From: Eledone cirrhosa
Lineage: Eukaryota
Direction: 5' to 3'
Assembly: GCA_964016885.1 (NCBI GenBank)
Contig: OZ024743.1
Location: 286,750,001-286,814,000, forward strand
Length of the DNA stretch: 64,000 nt
Under the pieces are notes generated by a model. It had not been told where the DNA came from. It was given only the letters and a program-made list of their open reading frames with translations, and searched no databases. The translations under genes were made by a program, and so were the position numbers. Positions within the stretch are counted from its first letter, which is position 1. Each line of letters begins with the position of its first letter. Shown in pieces: positions 52,751 to 64,000 of this stretch.

Positions 52751-54674
52751 AGGAGTAACTATAGAGGCATTAAATTAATCGACCAGGTCATGAAGGTCAC
52801 CGAAAAAGTTATAGCGCAACTAATCAGAGAGAGAATTGATCTAGATGAAATGCAATTTGGGTTTGTGTCAGGCAAAAGTACCACAGACGCTCTTTTCATT
52901 GTACGACAACTACAGGAGAAGTACCTAGCTAAAAGTAAACCCCTATACTTAGCTTTTGTTGACTTGGAGAAAGCCTTCGACAGAGTCCCCCCTTCCATTA
53001 TCTGGTGGGCTCTTAGAAAACTAGGTGTTGACGAATGGCTTGTGAGAGCCATACAAGCCATGTATAAAGAAACAGTCAGCAAGGTTAGAATTAACGACGA
53101 ATATAGTGAAGAGTTTAGTGTAAAAGTTGGTGTACATCAGGACTCTGTTCTTAGCCCCCTACTATTTATTATTGCCCTTCAGGCTATAACAGTGGAGTTC
53201 AAGACCGGCTGCCCATGGGAACTCCTATACGCAGATGACCTAACACTCATAGCTGAATCAATGGCCGAGCTAGAGAAGAAATTCCAAACATGGAAGCATG
53301 GCCTAGAATCAAAAGGGCTTAAAATTAACCTGGCTAAGATTAAAGTTCTAGTTTGTAGGAAAGAAAATAAGGCGACGGTCCCTTCCGGGAAATGGCCATG
53401 CTCAGTGTGTAGGAAAGGCGTAGGTAGAAACTCCATTTTATGTCCCAAATGCAAAGTATGGGTGCATAAAAGATGTAGTGGGATCACAGGTAAGCTAACT
53501 AAGAACATAGATTTTGCATGTGGCCGGTGCTCTGGTGCAATAAGTAGCAGCAAGTGCCCACAAAATACTAGTTCTTTCAATTGCGCAGAGGGTTCTATAG
53601 TGGACAGCTTCCGTTACCTGGGTGACAAAATCAGCAGTGGGGGAGGGTGCTCTGAAAGTACAGTAGCTAGAGTCAGAACTGGATGAAAAAAGTTCAGAGA
53701 GCTTATACCACTATTAGCCACTAAAAGGTTCTCCCTAAAAATGAAAGGCAGGTTGTATGATGCCTGCATACAAACAGCAATATTGCATGGCAGTGAGACC
53801 TGGGCATTGTGTGCAGAGGATATACGCAGACTGGAGAGGAACGAAGCTTGCATGCTCCGCTGGATGTGTAATAGTAATATACGTGAACGGCAAAGCATAA
53901 GCGAACTAAGGAAAAAATTAGAAATAAGAGGGATCAGATGTTGTTTACTCGAGAGAAGGCTACGTTGGTATGGTCACGTGATGCGCATGAAAGACGACAG
54001 CTGTATAACAAAGTGCAGGGCAATAAAGATACACGGTAGCTACGGAGTAGGAAGACCCAGAAAAACCTGGGACGAGCTGATAAATTCCGACCTCACACAC
54101 TTACACCTCTCCAAGGCAATGTCACTGGACCAAGACCTTTGGCGGTACTCAGTAACAGAGAAGACCCGCCTTACCTAAATACAAAGTAAAACCTACTACA
54201 GTCGGTAGGCATCTCTAACAAAATACACCCCGTCCCACCACCCCACCCCATCCACACTGCCCCTTTCAATGTAAAGTTATGTTGGTGCCACAACATCCAG
54301 GCCGAAACAAATGAGATCGTGTAGGTGTCACGACAAAAAAACACACAGTCCACGCTGTAATGTGGCCGTGTAGGCAACACGGTAAAAACCTCCCAGCCCC
54401 ACACTGTAAATGTGGTTGGTGTTAGGAAGGGCATCCATCTGTAGAAAACCCGCCAGACAGTCCACGCTGTAATGTGGCCGTGTAGGCAACATGGTAAAAA
54501 CCTCCCAGCCCCACACTGTAAATGTGGTTGGTGTTAGGAAGGGCATCCAGCTGTAGAAAACCCGCCAGACAGTCCTATGTGAGCAAGACAATCACTCTTG
54601 CCTCAAGTGGGAAAACCCCCGTCCAAACCCATGCAAGCGTGGAACACGGACGTTAAACGATGATGATGATGATG
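52751..54674 (+). mobile_element. 5'-truncated RTE-clade LINE inserted inside a SINE A
   Basis: RT (LLYADDL), PHD-like finger, one in-frame stop at 53686, 112-bp tandem duplication in the 3' UTR, (GAT)n tail. SINE halves lie at 52710-52750 and 54675-54781. Confidence 0.93.
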
Positions 54675-54780
54675 ATTACTGGTACTTTATTTTATCGACC
54701 CCATAAGGATGAAAGGCAAAGTTAACCTCGGCGGGATTTGAACTCAGATCATAAAGGGACCAAAGCATGGTGTCCGACTC

Positions 54781-55030
54781 TGGTGGAGTTGGGCCGCTGA
54801 CAGCGAAGTTCTTGTCATCACTGGTGACTCATTTTACTGAGGTGTCAGGTGATGCCTGTGAGGGGGTCTCGTTATTTCGGTGCCTTAGTCTCTCTATCAC
54901 CCGTGATAATGCTGCAAGCGTGTTGGCTTGCCTCAAAGTGTGTAGTTAACCCCTAATGAATTATATTCAATGAATTATATTATTATATTTTTATACACGT
55001 TGAAGAATTAATAAAGTCCTTAATAAAAAA
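54781..55030 (+). mobile_element. 3' fragment of a CRE-like (restriction-like endonuclease) non-LTR retrotransposon
   Basis: GGVGPLTAKFL..VSGDACEGVSLFRCLSLSITRDNAASVL resembles the RLE C-terminal motif (..LFQRLSxAxQRGNAASxL); AATAAA/A-rich end. Confidence 0.65.
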
Positions 55031-55525
55031 TACACAAAATATAAAACATCAGAAAAGATATCTAATGAACAATATATGATACTATTTTCTTGTTCTGAGA
55101 TTGAGTGACTGCTTCTTTATGTTATATAAAATTGATATTGTTTATGTTATATACAATTTTATAAAATAGATATTGCATGTTTATGTTATATATTGTAGTA
55201 TTAAAAAAATCTGATTGACTTAATAAACATTAAAATATGTTAAAATACAACAAGTGGGGAGTCAGAGGCCCCTTAGCATACTGATTAACATATTTGCCCA
55301 ATATCTGAGAGATGCTGAGTTTGATTCCTTGCAGGTATTTCTGACCAGATTTTTCCATCTCCTGATTTTTTTCAACTATTATTGTGATGCTACTGCCACA
55401 CATGCACGTGCACACACACACACACTGAAGGGTAGTATTTTTTTTACTAGTTGAAGTATGGTAACCACCTCTTTAACTTTTTTTATCTGCTGTCATCATA
55501 TACATTTTTGTGATTTAATTATGTT

Positions 55526-55667
<142 letters not shown>

Positions 55668-56469
55668 AATGGTACTACTGAAATGAAATTTATGACTTTC
55701 CAAAGTTCTCATACAAAACATGATCTTGAAAATAATTAAGTTTGTTGATTAATTTCTGAAAAAAAATCCAATCTTAAGATAATTAACTTGGAAGTTCTCT
55801 AACATTCAGTGGAATATCATTTAACAAAACTAAATCTGGAGTTGATTTTATTTTTATTTAGAATTTGTTTCTATGTCTTTATAAAGCACTTTAGGAAGGG
55901 ACTGATGGGAAGAATTGACTGTAGGCAAAATATGAAGGATTGTTGGAGGATACAAGAGTTATGGTGAAACTTAAGAATTGTCCCAAAACATAAAATAATA
56001 TGGTAGAATATAAAAGCTGCCATAAAGATAAGTTGTGATAAGGTAGAAAAGATTGTGATAAGATAGAAAAGATTGTGGTCTAAAAAAGAATGACTTGTGT
56101 GGAGAAAAGAACCATGTTAAGATTACTGCAGCAGAATGTAAGAACTGTGGGAGAATGTGAGAGCTGTGCTAAACAAAAAGAATGTACTAAAGTAGAAAAG
56201 AGTTTTTTTTCTAAGTGATGCGAGTTATTATGTCAGACTACAATTGACAAGACAACAACAGAAACATTGGACAGAAAATCTTCTTTTCTTTCCTTCCTAT
56301 TTTATTATTTTAAATTTGAAAAATCTTACATTAAGGAAGTTTCTATATATGTATATATGTATATGTATCATAAATACACAGATTACTACCATCGCTAACT
56401 CAATGATATATTCCTAGACAATGTGAGAGAATTCTCACTAATTTGCAAAACCCCAGGTGCATGTTACCT

Positions 56470-57200
56470 CATGGTTCTAGTGGACAGAATAAAGAAAGCA
56501 TTACCCGCAAGGGAGATGCATTGAAATAGCCATTCCAACTCGTGGCATTCACTCCTGTGGGTAACCAACACCATCCAAATAGCAGCATGCAGAGAGGTGG
56601 TTTGAGGATCAAGAATTCCTGAAGTCTGCTATAAGAGGTACAACAACATATCTGTTGAAAAGCAGCTGATTCTTCAACAGCTTGTGATCTTCAGCTTGTC
56701 AAAATCTGGTTCTGTGCTGAATTCACTAGATTGCTGGTGGAGAAAGTGTCACTGCATGCCACATCCCAGATAAAGAGGTTTACCATCATGGAACAGGAAC
56801 ATTGTAATGCTATCTGGCCTTTTGACATCTCTTTAGTTTAACCAAGCTGAAACTGCAATGGAAAGTCAGAAGCATCCAAGCCAAGCTTAATGAACTTATT
56901 GAGAGTGATATAGCATTGGAGATGACAGGCACTGTGATGGCATGAAAGTGGGTGAAGGATAAAAGCTTTCACAGTGACATTTATGTTGCCTGCGCATCTG
57001 GAGGCTGAGCCTCAGGAAAACACCAATCCTATTCAGCTAAGTACTGGTTGAGAGCAAAGGTACACCATTTATCCAGGCACCACTATGAGGTTGGGAGGCA
57101 TAATGGAAACATGACTGATACTACTGGTCAAGCAGGTGCATGAAGCTATCTGAAGCTTTGTTGCATTGGGGAGACTGGATGAGTTATGGTAAAAATAACC
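56470..57200 (-). mobile_element. Old CRE-like non-LTR retrotransposon relic
   Basis: Broken minus-strand translation shows GAW..; HKCHC..HPLSC (zinc knuckle); KRPDSITMF..WDVACSDTF (RLE PD..D); LEWLFQCISLA-GNA. Confidence 0.65.
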
Positions 57201-57411
57201 AAGGAAGGGTCACAAAGCTAAGTTTTGTTTCTCTAAGATTGCTATAGTACAACAAATGAAATATAATGTGACAGTTATTTTAAATAGTCTGGAGATGATT
57301 CCAAAATAAATTACTGTTTAAAATAATCTGGGTTTACTTGCAAAGGAGATGTTACTAACAGATTACCAGAGAAAAGATCATTGTCAATTGAACCTTGCAG
57401 TTCTAACTTGT

Positions 57412-57560
57412 TGTTCTGAGTACAAATCCCGTCGAGGTTAGCTTTGCCTTTCATCCTTATGGGGTCGATAAAATAAAGTACCAGTAATGCACTGGGATAG
57501 ATTTAATCTACTTTCCTCTAGCCTCCAAATTTTCTGGCCTTGTGCCTAAATCAGAAACCA
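57412..57560 (+). mobile_element. 5'-truncated SINE family A
   Basis: Core CTTTGCCTTTCATCC..GGGGTCGATAAAATAAAGTACCAG and end CTGGCCTTGTGCCTAAA. Confidence 0.85.
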
Positions 57561-57789
57561 TTATTATTCCCTTTTTTACTCTTTTTATACAATCCCTTAC
57601 TGGATTCTTACCTGCAACCTGAGTCATGAGAAGGTAACTGAATGAATAGTTGCTTTCACCTACCTCATTAAGGCGTGTCATAAAAACGTTATTTACAGTA
57701 AGAAATGTATGCTTTGTAAGTATACTTTGGTGTTGAATATATATGAAGTTTAGAGATATATACAGTATAATTTGAATTACACTTTATAT

Positions 57790-59960
57790 ACTTGTAAATC
57801 TACAAATACAGACGATCAACATCCACTTGGTTTGGTATATTTTGTTTTGTGTCTGTTCGTTTAATTTCCCTTTTGTTCCAGTTGATGATGTTAAATTTGT
57901 AAGTTACAACTGAGACTGCTAGGATGTTTGTGGCACTTGTTCTATCTTTTCCATTCAGTTCAGTCTTTAGGATGGTTCTTACTCTCCTGATGCATTCCCA
58001 TTTTTCTTTCATTGTGGTATGTTGTACACTATTTCCTTTGTTAGCACTATTTATAGACTCTCACCTGATCTAGTTTTGATTACTATGTCTGTGTCAAGCT
58101 TGACTGATTCATTTTTTATTAACTTTTCCACTTTTGAATGTAGGCTTTATATACTTATCCATACCAAACTCTATAACTATGTTGTCTTGAAACTCTTGAC
58201 TGTTTTCAAAAGCCCTTCAAGTTCTCTGTTATTCTCATTGTGGAGATTTAAATCATCCATATAAAATAAATGTGTGACCTTTTTATTCTTGGTCTTTATT
58301 CAAAACTTGTTTTGTTTAGTTGTGATGACAAAGGAATAAAGGAGAGACAGAAAAAGAGGAAAGAAAGCATGAGTATTCATGAAAAATGCCACAGTTAATG
58401 TTTATGTTGAGTATTAAACAATGGGGTTAGCATTCTACAAGGTTATGTTGTACCCCAAGAAATTGACTAGTATAGGTGGTACTTTTTAAAGTTCTAGGGA
58501 CTTTAGTATCCATGAATGTGAGACAATGTTAAACGATTTCTTGTAGTAGCTGAATCCACAGCTAAAGTTCCTGTGTTTTGAGAAGCAGTTTTCAAGTACC
58601 ATGCAGTTGATCTTTATATCCATATGGGCTGGGGTGACAACCCTTTTGCTCTATTCAGAAAAGAGTATTTCCTTCCATATGAGTATATGTATAGTAGATC
58701 AATATTGATGTTACAAATTTGCATGAGGTTGACAGGCAGGTAATTGGTCTATAATCTGGAGGTTGTCATGTTCCATGATCTTGGTAGTAAAGTTATTCTT
58801 CTGCATAGCCAGCTTAGTGTTTTAGTTGGCTCTAACATAACTTTGTTGAGAAGCTTTGTGAGAATTTTGTGGGTAAATGACAGAATGGAGCACCAAAAGT
58901 TTAATATTGTGTCTATATTTGGGGGTTTCCATTTATAGGCCTTTCTAAGAGTTTCTTTAAGTTCTTCAGTTGTTATATTTTGCCATTCTTGTTCTTGTAT
59001 TTTGCTGTTTTCCTGTTGTATGCTGTATATTTATTCAAAAATGTTATTGTGACCCTTTTGGTCACTCCTTATGTCACATTAGAATTGCTTATATTTTCTG
59101 TTTAAGTTGTTCTTTGATTGATAGTATGTCTTCAATCTTCTTTAGTCCATATTCTTTCTTTACCTTTTTTTCCTCTCTTGGTTTTACATCCTTAGTTTTG
59201 CTGATTAACTCCAAGATCAATATTTCTCCTCTTATGAGATCAATTTCTTTCTTTATCTTTTCCTTTCATCTAGGTTTCTTGCACTGCACAGTTTTATTTT
59301 TTCTTGATAGGTATTTTGAATCATGTACTTTGTCTGAGGTATAGATCAGTTGATTGGGTTCAAACAAATTAAACTTAGTAGTGCTGAAATGATTTGATTG
59401 TAGTGTTTTCCATCTTCATCAATCTCTTTTAATTTATTAATTTTGTCAGTGATTCCCCTTCAGTCATATTTGTGTGATTTATTCTGGCAAGTTCTGTTAC
59501 AATTTCTTCCTTCATGTTTTTAATGTCTTCAGTAAATTTTTTTTAAATCAGAAACTGATCATTTTCTAGTTTGTTGGCAATCCCTCCATCCATTTCTTCA
59601 TTGTCATTTTACTTCTAAGTACCATTCCTCACATTTTCAATCTGTTACTCTGTTTGCTTCTGTTGGAACAATGGAATAGTAACTAGGATATTTCTTCTTT
59701 CGGTTGGTTCTTCTACTCTGTTCTTATTTAAACCTTTTTGAACAAGTCATATTTCACTTAATTCTGTGTCTGCAAGACTTCTTGTTTCGTTGTGTCCATT
59801 CTTACGCAGACTAGCTTATTAGGATTTAGGTATTTATGACTATTCTTATTTCTATTTCTCCAAATCTTAAAGGAGCCTTCATTTTTTTTTGTCCTTGTTT
59901 TTTCTATTGAGTAATAGAAAACATACAAATCTTTTTTGTACTCTTCACACATCCATTTAA
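57790..59960 (-). mobile_element. Highly decayed R4/Dong-like LINE
   Basis: Minus-strand relics NYRPITCLST, YGYKDQL, KSFNIVSHSWI, VTHLFYMDDL, RRVRTILKTELNGK..INW..DVDRLY, with many stops and frameshifts. Confidence 0.72.
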
Positions 59961-61694
59961 ATTTGTATCTGTTGGGTGTTATTAGGTGGTGGTGGTAATT
60001 CAGCAGGGCCAGGGATAGGGTTTATCTTGTCCTGGTGATCATCCTGCCACGAATTTTTCAAAATTTGGTGGATTTTCCTGTTTTGAGCAATTGTCCAAGT
60101 ATTTAACCTAAATAGATGTTACCCCTAACAAAATTTGAACATTTTAATACATAAATATCCCATACACATACATGCAGGTACATGCACATACACACATACA
60201 TATTTTTCTAAAACTTAATAATATTTTTTCTTTCAATCTTATGTACTTCCAACTTATATTTTATTGCTTTCACTCTCTCGCCTTTCTCACTCTTGCCTTC
60301 TCTTTTTTCTCTTTGCTTCCCCTTTCTCTCACATGCTGTCTCTCCCTCCCTCTTCTACTCTATTTATCCCTGTACAAACTTGTCTCATTTGATTTCTTGC
60401 TTTCAAATTACTCCTAGCATGTGAGTGGCCAGAAATAAACAAAAATTTCAGAAACCTGTTGAAATTTTATAAAATGGATGAAATGGTAAAAAAATAATTT
60501 TATAATGGAGTTGGGAAACAAAAACTATACCCTAAACGACACTTAAAGCATTTTAAATATCAAAATATTAAAACTTCATAAATATATTTGATACTCATGA
60601 GACTTTCAAAACCACGCTATCTAAACATATGTTGATTAGCTGCTTCAGCTTATAAAAAGGGTTTGGATGTTTGCCCAGTTCTCAGCCAATAAAATAGGTG
60701 GATGTCCACTGATATTCATATCAGCTTATATTTGGGTATATACAGTAATTGTTTAAATATTTTACTCTCTTTACTGTTTTCTTTCTCATGCTGTTCTAGC
60801 TTGGGTTGTATAAATCTGAAAATTTTATATCTATATTCAAATTCTCGGAATCAGTAATTTTACTTCAAGATATTCATTCTTTCCAACATTAATCCCACAA
60901 CTGCAAAGTAGATTTGACATATCTTTTTCATAGCTAGGTATACTGAATCCATCATAAATATTTTCTTTTCCACTTTTATTTCGTACCTTGCTTATGATTT
61001 CATTTTATTTGTCTCCTATTTTCTATTTCTTTCATTCTCTGAAGATTTGTTTGTTTTATTCTTGTGACTGAACAATACATTATCAAACTACCTATATCTG
61101 GTTAGTATAGTACTTTAAGCTGAGAGAAAATGGTGAAGTGAATAATGTGTTGAACTAATAACTTATAGTTAATGTTTTTCTTATATGTAATTTTTATGCA
61201 TTTCAGAATAGTATTCTACTTTCCCTCAGATAACTTAATTGTCATTATTAAATATAAAGTTATTTGGAAATGTTATCTAAAATAAGTTGGATTGCAAGAG
61301 AAGATTTATCACTTATCAGCTTCACATCAAAAACAGTAGCTATCAATCACTGAAGGATTTGATCTTGCCAAGATAGCTTAACCAACATTCTTATGATTTT
61401 CTAGTTATTTTCGCACTCCAACATCAAATTATTTTTTCTCCCTTTTACTCTCTATCTCATATACACACCCATTTTTCTCTCTTGACATCCACCACTACCA
61501 AAACTCTCACCACCAACCATTCTTATCTGAGCAGTGCTTCTACACATAAAACTATGAATACCAAGATGTGGAAGACTAACAATTGCCTATGCATGTAGGT
61601 GTCCCCTCTCCAAGCCAGCAATGTTCTTGAAGGGAAAGTTAATTCTGATACAGATTGGCACCAGTGTTGATGCAGGTATTGCATCATCATCATC

Positions 61695-61728
<34 letters not shown>

Positions 61729-61839
61729 TCACTGTTTAACGTCCATTTTCCATGCTTGCAATGGGTTAGATGGGTCGTCCCCTTTATGAGAAAAGTTTGG
61801 CCAGTTGGCTATGTTGTACCTATCACCAACCATGTTTAT

Positions 61840-61873
<34 letters not shown>

Positions 61874-61901
61874 CACATGCATACATATACATGCATATAT
61901 A

Positions 61902-62462
61902 TTTAACGAAGGGTTTAGGTAAGAAATTGTTAGATGGAATAACATGGTTATTAGATGAAATAACAAGAATGGCCGATTTACTTTATATATAAAGGTTTAC
62001 TTCACTTGAGTCAAAAAGAACAATAAACAAGTTACCACGAGTTGTGAAGGTTGACAATGTTATTTTTGTTGTTGGTTGATGAGGCTGGTGTAGTCTGAGA
62101 CCAAGAGAGAGAGAAAGGTAGTAATGGTCTGTAGACCTCTGAATGGTCTGTAGTTGACTGTAGACCACAGTGGCTTGTAGATAGCGGTGAATCTTTCACA
62201 TAGCTTGTAATAGCGTACTGCTCCAATCTCTCTGTATTTCTGTAGACCTCTGGGGCCTGAAGGTAGCGGTGAATCTTTCACATGGCTGGTCTGTATCGTG
62301 GTGCTCCGATCTCTCTGTATAAACGTGGGATGATACAGGCTTTATATACCTGTCGCTTTCTGTCTCCCACCTTGAGGGGATAGCCCACACATGAACCTGT
62401 TCACACCAAAAGTTTGACCTTTAGGTGTCACCCAAAGTTCAAGGTGGACAGATCTCGCTACA
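61902..62462 (-). mobile_element. Probable solo LTR inserted in a TA/CA microsatellite
   Basis: Minus strand starts TGTAGCGAG and ends TTCGTTAAA (degenerate TG..CA inverted ends). It has TATATAAA about 115 nt in, an internal ~80-bp tandem duplication, and no ORF. Confidence 0.5.
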
Positions 62463-64000
62463 TATATACATGCATACATATACATGCATACATATACATG
62501 CATATACATATATGTATACACACACATATTACGTTGAAGCTCAAATCTTTGCCCAATACACTGATCCCATCCCTGAGCTATATGGTTGTCATATCAACAA
62601 CTATATTGAGGCTACCACATTCACCTGAGAACAGCTCAACTCCTTTCTCTCCTTTCTCTGTTCCTTGCACCCTGCCCTTGGCTTGCCACTTCCATTTCCA
62701 CCACCTACGTCCCCGTCCTGGATATCTCTGTTTCCATTGACTACTTCCATTGCTCCCTCATTACCTCCACTTTCTTCACACCCACTAACTCCTACTCCTA
62801 CCTCAACTTCACCTCATCCCTCCTCAAACACTCCATCCCTACTCTCAATTCCTCCACTTCCACTTCCACTGTCAAACACATAATTTCAAAATGCAAACCC
62901 ATTAAATAGCTAGACTGTTCACTCTGCTAGACTATTCACTCCCCATGCCCATGAAGTTAACTACACTACCACCCTCACACCACACCCTCGCCCTCCTATT
63001 AACCGACTCCTATTCCCCTTACCTACCACCCATCTACTTTGCTCCTCTTGAAAATATTTCTCTATCTCTTCCACTGATTCCAGTCGGAGCCCTCCCCATC
63101 CCCCATTTCCCTCTCTACCCTCCTCTCCTTCAAGTGTGCATACAACCTCTGGAATCTCCTTATTTGCTGTTCCTGTCATTCATCAACTCCTTCAGTGGAT
63201 CCCACTTTTTCTCTAGATCCCACTCATGCTCCTGACTCCGTTGCCTCACATGCAACTTCATCATCAAAACCACCACTCTAACTGGGCTCAATAGCCAAGC
63301 CTTCCAAGTAGTGACTCCTTCTGCTGTACCTCCTCCAGTCTTGTCTTTGGACTCTGATGCATACTATGCAAAGCTGTCTACATTGGACAAACTGGTCATT
63401 GACTAGCAGACAAGTTCGCTGAGCATCTCTAGGACATCTGACTCAGCAACCAGTCTCTGGTTGCCCAACATTTCTGCTCTGCCTGACACACCACCAACCA
63501 CCTCACTTTCTGGCCTTGTTGCTTGCTCCAAACCCTTGGACTCACGCCTGAGAAGGAAGCAGCACCTCACTTTTCTCTCCAAACCATTAGTGGACATGAT
63601 CTAAACATTCCACCCCTCTTCCTTTAGCCTACCCTTTCCCAGTACCCACTTCTCATTCCCTTTCACACCAACACACTAACTCACATGCACACTTAGATAC
63701 ACACATAGATGCGTAAAACACAGACACTAACACAACTAATTAATTAGTTACACCAACACAATCACAATACACATTTAATTCTACTAACACTACAAATTAA
63801 CTAATCAATTATACTTACAGACCAAAAACCACCAACACACTCACATGCTTACATGGACACACCAACAAAATCATAGATAAATTCACACATTATATTTTTC
63901 CTAAAGCTACTAATGAACTAACTAATCATACTAATATGTCTAACTATACTACACAGCCAACTTGATATTTATTACCAGTATACACACACACACATACACC

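Noticed and set aside
62530-63700. Possible decayed LINE ORF1 or 5' region on the minus strand
   Set aside because: Purine-rich with short ORFs, but no motif I can identify.

Overview
AT-rich, microsatellite-dense eukaryotic (animal) DNA. The SINE/LINE/MITE families look like those of octopus or another coleoid cephalopod; this is inferred from recalled repeat families, not from a search. The only host-gene sequence I can support is one large minus-strand exon (16780-17600) of a synaptotagmin of the Syt3/6/9/10 group, encoding the TM segment, linker and complete C2A. Most of the window is therefore probably intronic or flanking. The rest is nested mobile DNA. (1) A decayed Chapaev3-type DNA transposon (28287-45543) is split at an A|T site by a 15.5-kb Helitron-like unit (TC...CTAG, 29276-44808). 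That unit holds a 14.8-kb 27-bp satellite between two copies of its 3' end, and the satellite has 624-bp and 3477-bp higher-order periods. (2) A young 5'-truncated Penelope-like element (RT + GIY-YIG) has 1.5-kb inverted arms, each carrying a minimal hammerhead ribozyme motif. Several other small hammerhead-bearing or palindromic remnants sit in (TA)n tracts. (3) There are many RTE-clade LINE copies with (GAT)n tails and a C4HC3 PHD-like finger inside the RT C-terminal region, two tRNA-derived SINE families, CRE-like and R4/Dong-like LINE relics, MITEs, a mariner relic and a probable solo LTR. No CRISPR, rRNA or true tRNA genes were seen.
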